A stretch of 64,000 nucleotides of DNA from Desulfatiglandales bacterium (GCA_963666345.1 OY762721.1:1696001-1760000); one strand, 5' to 3'; positions 48,084 to 58,939 are shown, counted from the first letter of the stretch. Program-made: numbers and translations. Notes: generated by a model from the letters alone, not told the origin.

Positions 48084-48956
48084 CTACCTGTTTTTAATCC
48101 TGTCGGCTGCCAGCCTGGCTACCCTGGGTACTAACACGGCAATCATCTCCTCACGGTACCAGGCATCGCATCTCAGACTGTCTCTCGGTGAGCAGCAGTC
48201 AGGGGAGGCCGCGATCCTGCCGGCCTCGGACAGGACCTCCTCGCTCAACGGCTTTCCTTTCATGAAATCCTCCGCCATGCCGGCCCTTACAGGTGTTGGA
48301 GCCGCTACCGTAAGGGCGATTCCGGCATCTTCGATAACATCGGAAGCACCCAGTTTCAGCGCCACGCTTACACCCACCAGAGGGAGGTTCATAGCCTTGC
48401 GCCTGGAATGTTTCCAGTAGGCACTCCCGAAATTTTCCATTTCCCCCGGAATTTCAAATTCCAGGAGTATCTCGTCATCCCTTTTGGCCGTGCGTGAAGG
48501 ACCGGTGAAAAATTCCGATATCGGAATCTTCCTGACCCCTTCCGCGCCCTCAAGGATAACCGAAGCGCCGAGAGCCAGCAGAGGTCCGGCCGTATCGGCT
48601 GATGGAGCCGCATTGACGATGTTGCCCCCGATTGTGCCCACATTCCTTACCTGCACCGAACCTACCCATGAGGCACCGTCGTTTAAGGCGCTAAGCTCGC
48701 CTTTGACAAGATCGGAGTTCTCCAGCATCCTGTGCGTGGTCAGAGAACCTATATGGTAATTCTCGTCCTTTTTTATGTAGCACAGATCCTTCAGATCCCT
48801 TATGGACACCAGAAGCTCGGGTGCCATATTCCTGTTTCTGATATTAACCATCACATCGGTGCCGCCTGCTATGACCGCGGCTTTCGAACCGTATTGCCGC
48901 AAAAGACCTATCGCCTCTTTGACGCTTCCGGGCCTGATATAATCATAATCAATCAT
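48084..48956 (-). CDS. Xanthine dehydrogenase family FAD-binding medium subunit
   Basis: AGGTD and QVRNVGTIGGNIVNAAPSAD. Confidence 0.92.
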   Translation of the reverse strand: MIDYDYIRPGSVKEAIGLLRQYGSKAAVIAGGTDVMVNIRNRNMAPELLVSIRDLKDLCYIKKDENYHIGSLTTHRMLENSDLVKGELSALNDGASWVGSVQVRNVGTIGGNIVNAAPSADTAGPLLALGASVILEGAEGVRKIPISEFFTGPSRTAKRDDEILLEFEIPGEMENFGSAYWKHSRRKAMNLPLVGVSVALKLGASDVIEDAGIALTVAAPTPVRAGMAEDFMKGKPLSEEVLSEAGRIAASPDCCSPRDSLRCDAWYREEMIAVLVPRVARLAADRIKNR

Positions 48957-48967
48957 CTCACCACCCC

Positions 48968-50263
48968 TTAGTTGTTGTCGCGGTTGTCAAATACGCGTTT
49001 GCTCTTTCTCTCGGATCTTGGAAGAGATCCGTAGTCGACTACGCTTATCTTGGCACTTACAAGTATCTGTTTTTTGATCTCGGAGGATATCCTTTTCTCT
49101 ATCTCCTGATCCTTTGACACATCAATCCCCAGGCCTCTTTCCACACGCACCGTCATGTAATCGCGTCCGTCGTCTTTCCTGTCCAGCAGGATCTGGTATT
49201 CGCTGCCAATTTCCTCGACATTGGACAGTACATGGTCTATCTGCCCGGGATAGATATTAACGGCCCGGAATATGATCATGTCGTCGGATCTTCCAAGAAG
49301 ACGGTCGTGTCTCGGCAGGATCGATCCGCAAGGGCATGTACCCGGTATAAGTCTGGTCAGATCTCTGGTTCGATATCTGATAAGCGGCACTGCCTCTTTT
49401 TTAAGAGTCGTGACAACCATCTCACCGATCTCCCCCTCGGGTGCGGGGGTCAAGGTCTCAGGGTCGAGTATTTCAAGGATATAGTAATCGGCCCAGTAGT
49501 GGATTCCGGTGTGATACTCGCAATCAAGACCTGTTCCGGGGCCGTAAAGCTCCGTCATTCCCGGGATATCATAAAGATCATCCAGCCCCAGCGATTCCTT
49601 TATGCGATTTCTCATCGCCTCGCTCGATCTTTCGGAGCCGAAGATCATCTTTTTCAGATTTATCTTGTCCCTGAGGCCCCTTTTATTGACCTCCTCTGCC
49701 ATCAGCAAGCCCATTGAAGCGGTACTGCACATAACCGTACTCTGCATATCCACGAGAAACTCGCATTGCATGTCCAGGTTTCCGGGACCCGCCGGAATCG
49801 CCATGGCTCCGAACTCTTCGCATCCCAGCTGAAAGCTGGCCCCCGCAGTCCATACCCCGTATCCTACGGCTATCTGGATCCTGTCCTCCCGGCTCAACCG
49901 GGCCATTTCATAACATCTTGCAAAAAAATGAGACCAGTCCTCGATATCCTTCCTGGTGTAGCAGAGCACCTTTCTTTTCCCCGTGGTTCCGGACGACGCA
50001 TGGATGCGAACGACATCTTCAAACGGAACCGACAGAAGGGGGAAGGGATAGCCTTCCTGGAGGTCTTTTGAAGTGGTAAAGGGAAGCTTCGTCAGATCAT
50101 CAAGGGATGTTATATCCTCAGGTCTCGCGCCTTTTTCTTCCAGTTTCTTCCTGTAAAAGGAAGAGCCCTCATAGGCATGACGAACCGTCCATTTAAGGCC
50201 CTCCAGTTGAATTGACTTTAATTCTTCTTCTGATTTCGCCGCAGGCATAAAGGTCTTGTCCAT
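48968..50263 (-). CDS. Phenylacetate-CoA ligase family (indoleacetate-CoA ligase IaaB-like)
   Basis: RIHASSGTTG, GMTE, PLIRYRTRD, GRSDDM and LPRSERKSKRVFD. Confidence 0.9.
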   Translation of the reverse strand: MDKTFMPAAKSEEELKSIQLEGLKWTVRHAYEGSSFYRKKLEEKGARPEDITSLDDLTKLPFTTSKDLQEGYPFPLLSVPFEDVVRIHASSGTTGKRKVLCYTRKDIEDWSHFFARCYEMARLSREDRIQIAVGYGVWTAGASFQLGCEEFGAMAIPAGPGNLDMQCEFLVDMQSTVMCSTASMGLLMAEEVNKRGLRDKINLKKMIFGSERSSEAMRNRIKESLGLDDLYDIPGMTELYGPGTGLDCEYHTGIHYWADYYILEILDPETLTPAPEGEIGEMVVTTLKKEAVPLIRYRTRDLTRLIPGTCPCGSILPRHDRLLGRSDDMIIFRAVNIYPGQIDHVLSNVEEIGSEYQILLDRKDDGRDYMTVRVERGLGIDVSKDQEIEKRISSEIKKQILVSAKISVVDYGSLPRSERKSKRVFDNRDNN

Positions 50264-50318
50264 GACTTCTATCTCTCCATAAGCAAAATGGTAGGTGAAC
50301 ATCAGGCGATATATTTCA

Positions 50319-50400
50319 GGTTTTTCTCCAACTTAGTTGGCGAGGATGGTCCAAGCACCCAAGGAGTAAAGGGTCCAAGGGTTTTTCCCTGAAAACTTTA
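50319..50400. repeat. Partial MITE-family copy (left end plus octamer arm)
   Basis: GGTTTTTCTCCAACTTAGTTGG followed by GGTCCAAG/AAGGGTCCAAGGG units as at 59776. Confidence 0.5.
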
Positions 50401-50463
50401 TCAGCATTTTCAAAAATTTATTGATCTCAACAAAAAAAGCCATGACTTAGCGACTACCCCGGC

Positions 50464-51771
50464 TCAATATTTAATTAGATTGGGTAAAAACGTTATTATG
50501 CCCGGGAAAATCATCAAAATCAGGACACAGATTATATAAGCTGGAAGGAAGTAGGAGACCCCTTTAAAAACGGTGCTCAAAGGGACATCCTTGGCCATTC
50601 CCCCTACCACGTAAGTAGTCGCTCCAACAGGCGGAGTAACCGCCCCCAGGGTGGTTATGACGGTTATGGTCACCGAGAACCATATGGGGTCATATCCCAG
50701 TTTTATCGCGACCGGGAAAAAAATCGGTATCGTGATGAGCAGCAGCGCAAGAGCGTCCATTACCGCTCCACCTATTATATATATAACAAATATGATCCCC
50801 ATTATTACGATGTTGGGTACCGGAAGCCCTGAGACCCAGGCCGCGATATCGAACGGGATTCTGGTTACCGCCAGGAATTTCCCGAAAATCACCGCACCGG
50901 TCACAAGCATCATGACCATACATGAAACCCTCAGGGTATCAACTATTGAAGAAAGGAATCCCTTCCAGGAAAGGGACCGCTCGCTCAGACTTATCACCAG
51001 GGCGAAAAATGATCCCGCCGCGCCCGCCTCGGTGGGCGTGAACAGCCCGAAATAAAGGCCCAGCATGATAAGCAGGAAAAGGATAAGCATCTCCAGTGCG
51101 CCTGGAAGTGATGCAAATTTTTCTTTGAAACTTGTCTTCGGCCCGGCAGGCCCCCAGGAGGGATTCAGACAACACATCAGGTACACGCTCAGCAGGAAAA
51201 GAACCGCAAGCAGGATACCCGCCGCCACACCCCCGTAGAACAGCTTGGCGATGGACTGTCCCGTATACAACCCGATTACTATAAGAACCACGCTCGGCGG
51301 GATAACGACCCCAAGGGTAGAGCCGCAGGCTATGGCCCCGGTGCTGAGCACCGACCTGTATTTGTACTTCTTCATCTCAGGCAGGGCCACGGTCGTCATG
51401 GTCGCAGCTGTTGCGGCGTTTGAGCCGCAGATTGCGGCAAACCCGGCGCAGGCCATGACGGTCGCCATTGCCAGCCCGCCTCTGATCTGGCCCATCCACT
51501 TGTACGCGGTATTGTAGAGCTTTTCATTGACGCCGGAGAAAAAGGCCACCTCACCCATGAAGATAAAAAGGGGAATTACCGTCAGGCCGTACTTGGCGAA
51601 TGTCGCCCAAAGATCGGTGCTTGCCATGGTAAGGGCGGCCTTAAAGGAAACGGCATACCAAAAGCCGGAAAATCCCACCAGGGCCATGGCAAAGCCTACA
51701 GGCATGCCCAAAAAAAAGATAATAAGCAGAAGGATAACTATTCCAATTACCCCTATTACGGCTAGGTCCAT
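50464..51771 (-). CDS. TRAP transporter large permease DctM
   Basis: IPLFIFMGE, GGLAMA, LGVVIPPS, FTPTEAG and TPPVG. Confidence 0.93.
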   Translation of the reverse strand: MDLAVIGVIGIVILLLIIFFLGMPVGFAMALVGFSGFWYAVSFKAALTMASTDLWATFAKYGLTVIPLFIFMGEVAFFSGVNEKLYNTAYKWMGQIRGGLAMATVMACAGFAAICGSNAATAATMTTVALPEMKKYKYRSVLSTGAIACGSTLGVVIPPSVVLIVIGLYTGQSIAKLFYGGVAAGILLAVLFLLSVYLMCCLNPSWGPAGPKTSFKEKFASLPGALEMLILFLLIMLGLYFGLFTPTEAGAAGSFFALVISLSERSLSWKGFLSSIVDTLRVSCMVMMLVTGAVIFGKFLAVTRIPFDIAAWVSGLPVPNIVIMGIIFVIYIIGGAVMDALALLLITIPIFFPVAIKLGYDPIWFSVTITVITTLGAVTPPVGATTYVVGGMAKDVPLSTVFKGVSYFLPAYIICVLILMIFPGIITFLPNLIKY

Positions 51772-51773
51772 CT

Positions 51774-52259
51774 TCAGGATTCCTCTTTTTTCACCAGCAG
51801 TTTCAGCAGATCAATCAAAAGCACCAGGGTCAAAACCAGACAACCGAGAGCCACCCCATAGGTAAAGGGATAAAAGATTATTCTGAGGGTCTCGGTAATT
51901 TCACCCGTTCTGCAAAGGGTTCCGGCCCAGACGAACAACCGCCACGACACGATACCGAAAAAGACCATGCATGTGAGGTGATTGATCGCTTCGAGCAGTC
52001 GTACGGTCTTGGCGGAGAATTGATTCACCACTATGTCTATTGCGATGTGTCCCTTTTTCATCTGGGTGTATCCCAGTGCAAAGGCGGTGATAATGGCTCC
52101 GAAAAAGCCCATGAGTTCAAAGGTTCCGTCGATCGGGGTCCAGACAAGTCTCAAAAAGATATTGGAACATGTCAGAAAAATCATGGCGATCAACAGCATC
52201 CCGCCCAGGACGATAAGCACCTGATTAAGATACCGAGTTATCTTATCTAAAATTTCCAT
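51774..52259 (-). CDS. TRAP transporter small permease DctQ
   Basis: Four hydrophobic segments and GHIAID, located between dctP and dctM; start uncertain (52259-52301). Confidence 0.88.
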   Translation of the reverse strand: MEILDKITRYLNQVLIVLGGMLLIAMIFLTCSNIFLRLVWTPIDGTFELMGFFGAIITAFALGYTQMKKGHIAIDIVVNQFSAKTVRLLEAINHLTCMVFFGIVSWRLFVWAGTLCRTGEITETLRIIFYPFTYGVALGCLVLTLVLLIDLLKLLVKKEES

Positions 52260-52297
52260 GTCAGCCATCAAAGGGATCGTGTTCCGTTCCTGTTTGT

Positions 52298-52324
52298 CCA
52301 CCCTTCCCCGGGGGGGAAGGGTGG
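52298..52324. promoter_or_regulatory. GC-rich hairpin between dctP and dctQ (mRNA stabiliser or attenuator)
   Basis: CCACCCTTCCCC-ggg-GGGGAAGGGTGG, a perfect 12-bp stem just after the dctP stop. Confidence 0.5.
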
Positions 52325-52335
52325 GGCCCGGTAAA

Positions 52336-53349
52336 TTATTCCGCGGTCTGGGATTTCAGATAAAAAACTATTTCATCAGCCTTAAGCCCCTTCTTCTTCG
52401 CATCTTCAATCCATTTGTCGCTGATCGGGGCGAGCCTGTTTTCCCACCTGGCCTTTTCATCGCCGGCCAGTGTATATATTTCGATATTATGATTCTTTTT
52501 CGACCACGCGATCGATTCGTTTACATGATCGTCCATATACTTGCCGGTCCACTCACACTGCTCCTTACCCATCCCGTCCATGACCTTCTGCACATCCGGT
52601 GGAAGGGAATTCCATTTATCCATGTTCATTACCACTGCAAAGGGATAGACAGGACCGTTGAATATAGTCACATATTTGCAGAGTTCGGCATATTTGAAAT
52701 CCATAAGTGTCTCAAGCGAGGAGGCAGCCCCTTTAACGACACCCTTCTGAAGGGCTTCGGGTGTCTCCGACTGGGGCATTCCAACCGGTGCCGCCCCCAG
52801 GGCCTTCAATACCTGGGCGACTCCGCCTGAAGCCCTAAGTTCGAGCCCCTTGAGGTCTTCAAGGTTTTTGACCGGCTTTTTCGCGTATATGTTCGCGGGT
52901 GCGCAGGTAAACATTGTGAGGACTTTGACTTCTGAAAATTCTTTCGGCATGAATTTATTGTATAAATTCCAGAGGGCCCGACTTGAGGTCAAAGCGTCCG
53001 GAAATCCTATAGGCAGGGCCGTAGCGTTTGTAACTATGAAGCGGCCGGGCTGGTATGCCATGCAAAGGCATCCTATGTCCGCCTGGCCCGAGATGACCCC
53101 GTCCATCATGTTTTTCGCCCCTAAAAGGGTTCCCCCCGGATAGGTGTTTATCGCCACCTTGTTGCCGGTTCGTTTTTCCACTTCCTCTTTCCACCTTTCC
53201 ATCTGAACGCAGGGAAAGGTCGGGGCGGGAGGAAAATTCGCATAGCTAAGTTTTATTGGTCCTGCTGAGGCGGTCCCTGTCAACAAAGAAAGAGAAAGCA
53301 CTGCAGCCAAGCATACTCCACCCAGTAAAAAAAATAGTCTTGATCTCAT
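52336..53349 (-). CDS. TRAP transporter substrate-binding protein DctP
   Basis: Signal peptide, YPGGTL, DLKGLELR, ALQKGVV and MNMDKWNSLP. Confidence 0.92.
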   Translation of the reverse strand: MRSRLFFLLGGVCLAAVLSLSLLTGTASAGPIKLSYANFPPAPTFPCVQMERWKEEVEKRTGNKVAINTYPGGTLLGAKNMMDGVISGQADIGCLCMAYQPGRFIVTNATALPIGFPDALTSSRALWNLYNKFMPKEFSEVKVLTMFTCAPANIYAKKPVKNLEDLKGLELRASGGVAQVLKALGAAPVGMPQSETPEALQKGVVKGAASSLETLMDFKYAELCKYVTIFNGPVYPFAVVMNMDKWNSLPPDVQKVMDGMGKEQCEWTGKYMDDHVNESIAWSKKNHNIEIYTLAGDEKARWENRLAPISDKWIEDAKKKGLKADEIVFYLKSQTAE

Positions 53350-53540
53350 TTTTTGACCTCCTTATTGGTGGAAAACTCATCAATCTTTCCTTAGATGACT
53401 TAGACAATCACCTCCTTTCTCGGCAAAAAAGATATAACAGCCCGGGCAGTTTACTGAACATCTATCCGGAGTCGCTTTCTCTTCTTTTTAACGGCAAATG
53501 AAATATCTGCAACTATCCTCGCGCCTAGAGGAACTACCCG

Positions 53541-55169
53541 CTAAAAGATGTTCGGTTCGGTATATTCACCGAAGACCTCCCTGAACACATTCGCCATTTC
53601 TCCTACCGTCGCATATGACTTGCAGCATTCGACAAGGTAGGGCATGACATTTTTTTTGTCTCCGGCAGCCTTTTCAAGTCTCTGAAGCGAATCAAAGGCC
53701 GCCTTTTCATTCCTCTGCTTCTTTAATTCGTTGAGCCTTTCTATCTGCAGTCTGGCCCAGCTCTCGTTGTATTCATGAAGCTCGACTTCCATGTCCACGC
53801 CTTCGGTATACTTATTGACCCCCACCTTGGTTACTTCGCCCTTCTGGAGTTTTTTCTCATATTCATAGGCCTGTCTTGACACCTGCCTCTGAACGTAGCC
53901 GGATGATACCGCCTCAACCATCCCCCCCTGTTTTTCGACAAGCTCCATCTCTTCAAGAATTTTTTCCTCCATCTGCTTTGTAAGTGTCTCCATGAAATAG
54001 GAGCCTGCCAGGGGATCCACCGTGTCGCGCAATCCGATCTCATCCATCAATATCTGAAACGTCCTCAGGGAAAGCAGGGCCGCCCTCCGGGTGGGGATGG
54101 TGTAAGCCTCGTCGAATGAGCACAGCGCCGTGGTCTGTGCACCTGAAAGAGCGGAAGCCATGGCGTAATAGGCGCCCCTCATGATATTGTTCTCAGGCTG
54201 CTGCTTTGTCATGCCTGAGCCTCCCCCCCCGAAAATGCCTCTCAGGAAAAGCGCCTTTTTATTCTTAACGCCGTATCTCTGCCTCAAAAGTGTCGCCCAC
54301 AGCTTTCTGGCCGCCCTGAACTTTGCTACCGTCTCCCACAGGTTGCCGTATATATTGAGGTTGAATGAAAATCTCCCTACCACCTCCTCGGCGCTGTAGC
54401 CTCTTGCCACCACATTGTCTATGTAGGCGAACGCGATCAGAAGGGCGTACGATATCTCCTGGGCCGGTGTGCAACCCGATTCCCTTATATGGTAACCGCA
54501 GACCGAAACGGGATTGCACCTCGGCAGCTCCTTCATGGAATATTCGATCGTATCCCCTATGAGCCGGACGGCCGGTTCCACCGGATAAATCCAGGCCCCC
54601 CTTCCGACTATCTCCTTGAGGATATCGTTTTGGGGTGTGGCGGATATCTTTGTCCTGTCATAGCCGAAGACCTCGGCCACGGACTGATACATGGCGAGCA
54701 TTATGGATGCCACGGCATTTATGGTGAGCCCGCTTCCTATGCGGTTGAGATCGATATCCTTGAAGGCGACTTCAAAATCCCTGAGGGAATCGACCGCCAT
54801 TCCGACCCTTCCCACTTCCCCCTCGGCCATCGGGTTATCCGAATCGTATCCCATCTGGGTGGGCAGATCAAAGGCCACGTTAAGGCCTGTCTGCCCGTTA
54901 GAGATCATGAGCTTGAAGCGCTCGTTTGTCTCTTCAGGGGTCCCGAAACCCGTGTACTGTCTGGTTGTCCAGTTCCTGCTCCGGTATCCGAGCGGGTGAA
55001 GGCTCCTTGAAAAGGGGAACTCCCCCGGGTCCCCAAGGTCTTTTTGGTAATCAAAACCTATTTCTTCAAGGTCTTCAGGCGTGTATACCGGTTTTATCTC
55101 AATGCCGGACTGCAGAATAACCTCTTTTATGGCATCCCTGTCATCCTTTATATAGGTTGCAACTCCCAT
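53541..55169 (-). CDS. B12-dependent acyl-CoA mutase, substrate-binding subunit (Iaa mutase-like)
   Basis: WTTRQYTGFG, AFDLPTQMGYDSD, QNDILKE, GYHIRE and DPLAGSY. Confidence 0.92.
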   Translation of the reverse strand: MGVATYIKDDRDAIKEVILQSGIEIKPVYTPEDLEEIGFDYQKDLGDPGEFPFSRSLHPLGYRSRNWTTRQYTGFGTPEETNERFKLMISNGQTGLNVAFDLPTQMGYDSDNPMAEGEVGRVGMAVDSLRDFEVAFKDIDLNRIGSGLTINAVASIMLAMYQSVAEVFGYDRTKISATPQNDILKEIVGRGAWIYPVEPAVRLIGDTIEYSMKELPRCNPVSVCGYHIRESGCTPAQEISYALLIAFAYIDNVVARGYSAEEVVGRFSFNLNIYGNLWETVAKFRAARKLWATLLRQRYGVKNKKALFLRGIFGGGGSGMTKQQPENNIMRGAYYAMASALSGAQTTALCSFDEAYTIPTRRAALLSLRTFQILMDEIGLRDTVDPLAGSYFMETLTKQMEEKILEEMELVEKQGGMVEAVSSGYVQRQVSRQAYEYEKKLQKGEVTKVGVNKYTEGVDMEVELHEYNESWARLQIERLNELKKQRNEKAAFDSLQRLEKAAGDKKNVMPYLVECCKSYATVGEMANVFREVFGEYTEPNIF

Positions 55170-55286
55170 GGTTATTCATCTCCTTGTCTGACCTGTTTAA
55201 GGCCTCAACTTTTCTCCCCGCCCGTTTAATCGGGGTCATGTTCCTTAATCTCAGGAAACCGTCCCTGCCGCACGCTCAAGGATTTC

Positions 55287-55691
55287 TCACACGGGCCCGG
55301 AGGCGTTGCCTTTTATGAAATCCACGATATCCACGAATGCGGTCCCTCCGGGGAAAATCCCTCCCACACCCATCTTTTCAAGCTTATGGATATCATTGTT
55401 CGGGATTACCCCTCCAAGGACTACCAGCTTGTCGTCGACCTCTTTTTCTTTCAAAAGCCCCATAAGCTTCCTGCATATGGGCATATGGGCGCCCGACATG
55501 ATCGAAAGACCTATCACATCCGCATCTTCCTGAATCGACTGATTCACAATGCTTTCCACGGTCTGATGAAGCCCGGTGTAAATGACCTCCATGCCCGCCT
55601 CTTTCAGGGCATGCGCCACGACCTTTGCCCCCCTGTCGTGACCGTCAAGTCCCGGTTTGGCCAGAAGGACCCTTATCTTCCTCTCCAACAT
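55287..55691 (-). CDS. Cobalamin-binding subunit of the acyl-CoA mutase
   Basis: KPGLDGHDRG (DxHxxG), GLS and GGVIP. Confidence 0.93.
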   Translation of the reverse strand: MLERKIRVLLAKPGLDGHDRGAKVVAHALKEAGMEVIYTGLHQTVESIVNQSIQEDADVIGLSIMSGAHMPICRKLMGLLKEKEVDDKLVVLGGVIPNNDIHKLEKMGVGGIFPGGTAFVDIVDFIKGNASGPV

Positions 55692-55742
55692 TTTCCGAGC
55701 ACCTCTTAATCGACTATGATTTTTATAGATTTCTTATGGGGC

Positions 55743-56447
55743 TTATATGACATCCTGCATGTCATATTCCCTCAGGACCGCCTCCTTACCCTTAAGGATA
55801 TGTTCCCTTACAAGCCTTTCGACACCTTCGGCGTCCCGTCTCTTTATATACGCAACTATCTGCCTGTGGTCGTCATTGCTGGTCCTGGCCCAGTCCTCCA
55901 TCTTGAGGATCATCCTCCTGAACCGGTAGATCTGCTCTCTGAGATTATTTATCAGCCTTATCAGCTTAGGGCTCCTGCTAAGGGCGTAGAGCATATCGTG
56001 AAATTCCGTATTGATCCTGGGAAGATCTTCAAGCCGGCCCTTTTCCAGGCATCTCTGGTATTCGTCTATCTTCTCCTCGACCGCACTCAATTCATGCCCG
56101 TTGTGTGCCAGGGCCGCAAGCCTTGCGGCATAGCTCTCAAGAACCGCCCTTATTCCGAAGGTCTCATCGATCTCGGCACGGGTCAGACCGGCCACAAACA
56201 GTCCGCCTGTCGGGTACTTGCAGAGAAGTCCCTCCCTTTCCAGCTTGTGTATGGCCTCCCTTACCGGTGTCCGGCTGATATCGAGCGCCTTTGCCACCTG
56301 ACTCTCAATTATCCTGGAGCCTGGGGCAAGGGAGCCGTCAACGATCGATTCCTTGAGGTTCTCATATACATACTGGCCAAGAGATCTTCTCAGCGGCAGC
56401 GATTTGAACTCCTTGAAATCAGGATATTTTATCATACCCTTTTCCAT
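55743..56447 (-). CDS. GntR family (FCD domain) transcriptional regulator
   Basis: ISRTPVREA helix-turn-helix; NTEFH, DH and EH FCD metal ligands; start uncertain (56435-56468). Confidence 0.92.
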   Translation of the reverse strand: MEKGMIKYPDFKEFKSLPLRRSLGQYVYENLKESIVDGSLAPGSRIIESQVAKALDISRTPVREAIHKLEREGLLCKYPTGGLFVAGLTRAEIDETFGIRAVLESYAARLAALAHNGHELSAVEEKIDEYQRCLEKGRLEDLPRINTEFHDMLYALSRSPKLIRLINNLREQIYRFRRMILKMEDWARTSNDDHRQIVAYIKRRDAEGVERLVREHILKGKEAVLREYDMQDVI

Positions 56448-56524
56448 ATCAAAAATTATCGAACCCAAAAAGGCCCCTCTATCCCCTGAAACAACATGAA
56501 CCGGGCTGAACGCGGGCGTTCCCT

Positions 56525-57658
56525 TTATCTGAGATACTGCCTGGCGATAGTGGTCTGAAGTACCTCATGGGTACCCCCGCCGTAGAGCAGAAATCTATTG
56601 TCCCTGTAAAACCGCTGGACATCGTATTCCATGGAATAACCATACGCCCCGTAGATCCTGGTTGCCTCATCACACGCGCTGCAGGCCGATTCCACGGTGA
56701 AATACTTTGCCATTGACGCCTCGTTCAGACACTCTGTCTTATCGTCGATCAGGTGAGTGACCTTATCCACCATGAGGCGTCCCGCCTCCAGATTTACCGC
56801 CATATTGGCGATCTTGGCCTGGATGAGCTGGTATTTGCCTATCTGTTTTCCGAACTGCGCCCTCTCCTTGCAGTACCTTATGGAGGCGTCCATGGCGGCC
56901 CGGTGGATTCCTATTGCCAGTGCCGCAGTCATGATCCTTATCTCGGCAAGGATCGTCAGGAGCACATTGAGCCCCCTCCCCAGCTCCCCCAGCATGTATT
57001 CGTCCGGCACGCGGCAGTTGTTGAAATAGATTTCGGAAAGAGCGCTTGTCCTGGTTCCCAGGGTGTCGAATTTCTTGCTGTGCGAAAAACCTGGGGTATC
57101 GCTCGGGATAAAGAAGAACATGAGCCCCCTCAATCCCTTTTCAGGATCGGTCTGGCACAGTACGGTATGAAAATCTCCGTACGGTCCGCTCGTGGACCAT
57201 GTCTTCATTCCGTTTATGACCCAGCCGTCTTTCACCTTTACGGCCCTTGTCCTCACATTGCCCAGATCGGAGCCCGCCTCAGGTTCGGTAAGCTGAAAAG
57301 CGCCTATCTTCTCCCCCCTCAGGGCGGGTTTCAGATACTTTTCATGCATCTCCTTTGTCCCGTAAAGGTAAAGGCCGTTGGTTCCCATAAGGCACTGCAT
57401 GGCGGTCATGGCCCCGAGGCTCATAAGCCCTCTTGCCAGCTCCTCCATGGCGATACAGTAAAGGGTGGTATTACCTCCCGAACCCCCCGCCTTTTCGGGA
57501 TACCTTATGCCTAGGACCCCCATGCGCGCCAGTTTGTCAAACTGCTCCCTTGGAAATTCCCCCTTCTCATCAAGTTCCCTGGCAAAGGGGATGACCTCCT
57601 CATCAACGAACCTGGACATGACCTTCCGCATCAGTTTTTCCGGATCTGAACGCAGCAT
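56525..57658 (-). CDS. Acyl-CoA dehydrogenase (benzylmalonyl-CoA dehydrogenase IaaF-like)
   Basis: LTEPEAGSD, NGMKTW, RAQFGKQI and YGAYGY; LYGGGT in place of IYEGT. Confidence 0.9.
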   Translation of the reverse strand: MLRSDPEKLMRKVMSRFVDEEVIPFARELDEKGEFPREQFDKLARMGVLGIRYPEKAGGSGGNTTLYCIAMEELARGLMSLGAMTAMQCLMGTNGLYLYGTKEMHEKYLKPALRGEKIGAFQLTEPEAGSDLGNVRTRAVKVKDGWVINGMKTWSTSGPYGDFHTVLCQTDPEKGLRGLMFFFIPSDTPGFSHSKKFDTLGTRTSALSEIYFNNCRVPDEYMLGELGRGLNVLLTILAEIRIMTAALAIGIHRAAMDASIRYCKERAQFGKQIGKYQLIQAKIANMAVNLEAGRLMVDKVTHLIDDKTECLNEASMAKYFTVESACSACDEATRIYGAYGYSMEYDVQRFYRDNRFLLYGGGTHEVLQTTIARQYLR

Positions 57659-58857
57659 TATGCCCCCCGAACAGACTTGATTTCATTCATCGCTTTAACC
57701 AGCCTGGGTACCACCTCATGCAGGTCCCCCACTATCCCCCAGTCCGCCACATCGAATATGGGAGCCCCTTCATCCCTGTTTATTGCCACTACATACCTTG
57801 AGCCGAGCATACCGGCCCGGTGCTGAATCGCGCCCGAGATGCCGCAAGCTATGTACAGCTCAGGCCTTACGGTCTGTCCTGTCTGACCCACCTGTCTGTC
57901 AACCGGAAGCCAGCCTTCCTCCACTATTATCCTTGTACCTGCCACCTCGCCACCCATGGCCTCGGCAAGAGAAAACAGGGCGCCCATCCCCTCTTTGGAG
58001 CCTACTCCCCTTCCGCCCGCCACGATTACCCCTGCCTCGCCGATGCTCACTCCCTGTTTCTTCTCCTTTACGATCTCGAGGAGCTTTGTCCCTATTTCCT
58101 TTTCCTTCAACGCCACGGCGCACTTGATTACCTCTCCCCTGTTTCCCGGTTTGGGAAGGATCTCCATCACGCCGGGCCTGACCGTGGCCATCTGGGGCCT
58201 TGAGTACCTGTTGGCGATGGTGGCCATGACATTGCCGCCGAACGCGGGCCTTGTCTGGAGAAGGATACCTTCCTCTTCATCTATGCTCAGCTCGGTGCAG
58301 TCGGCAGTCAGACCCACCCCTATCCTTCTGGATACCCGCGGGGCGAGATCACGCCCTATATGGGTTGCGCCCATAAGGAGGATATTGGGTTTGTAACTGC
58401 TTACGATCTCCTGGATCACATTGGTGTAGGCGACGGTCCTGTAGTGTTCAAGCGCCTTGGACTGCGCAAGCATGACCCTGTCCGCCCCGTGCTCAATAAG
58501 GGTCTTGGAAAGGGCTGAGACCTTGTAACCCAGAAGGAGCGCCGAGACCTCCTGATCCAGTGACAAGGCAAGGTCCTGCGCCTTACCGAGAAGCTCGAGT
58601 GATACCCTGCTCAGCTTTCCCTCCCTCTGCTCGGCAAAGACCCATATGCCTTTCCTGTCGCTGAAATCAGGTATTTCCCTCGGCACCATGTCCGTATTAA
58701 TGGCCTTCTGCTTGCATACCTCAAGGCAGGCGCCGCATGATGTGCATTTATCGAGTATATGCGCCTTGCCCTCCCTCATTTCCACCGCGCCGTAGGGACA
58801 GGCCTTGAGGCAGCGCTTGCATCCGTTACACAGATCAGTTTCAACCCATACCGTCAT
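57658..58857 (-). CDS. etfA: Electron transfer flavoprotein alpha with N-terminal 2x[4Fe-4S] domain
   Basis: CNGCKRCLKACP and CTSCGACLEVC, then GLTADCT, RPAFGG, QVGQTG and GISGAIQH. Confidence 0.92.
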   Translation of the reverse strand: MTVWVETDLCNGCKRCLKACPYGAVEMREGKAHILDKCTSCGACLEVCKQKAINTDMVPREIPDFSDRKGIWVFAEQREGKLSRVSLELLGKAQDLALSLDQEVSALLLGYKVSALSKTLIEHGADRVMLAQSKALEHYRTVAYTNVIQEIVSSYKPNILLMGATHIGRDLAPRVSRRIGVGLTADCTELSIDEEEGILLQTRPAFGGNVMATIANRYSRPQMATVRPGVMEILPKPGNRGEVIKCAVALKEKEIGTKLLEIVKEKKQGVSIGEAGVIVAGGRGVGSKEGMGALFSLAEAMGGEVAGTRIIVEEGWLPVDRQVGQTGQTVRPELYIACGISGAIQHRAGMLGSRYVVAINRDEGAPIFDVADWGIVGDLHEVVPRLVKAMNEIKSVRGA

Positions 58858-58939
58858 TCTCACATCTCCACTATTATGAGGGCTCCATTTGCATGCCTGT
58901 TATCGCCGCACCAGCCGGTCTTCTCATTTTTCCCGGTTT

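Noticed and set aside
41255..55691. Nicotinate fermentation or acetone carboxylase interpretation
   Set aside because: No enamidase, methylitaconate isomerase, dimethylmalate enzymes or carboxylase gamma subunit; the gene set fits the iaa pathway better.
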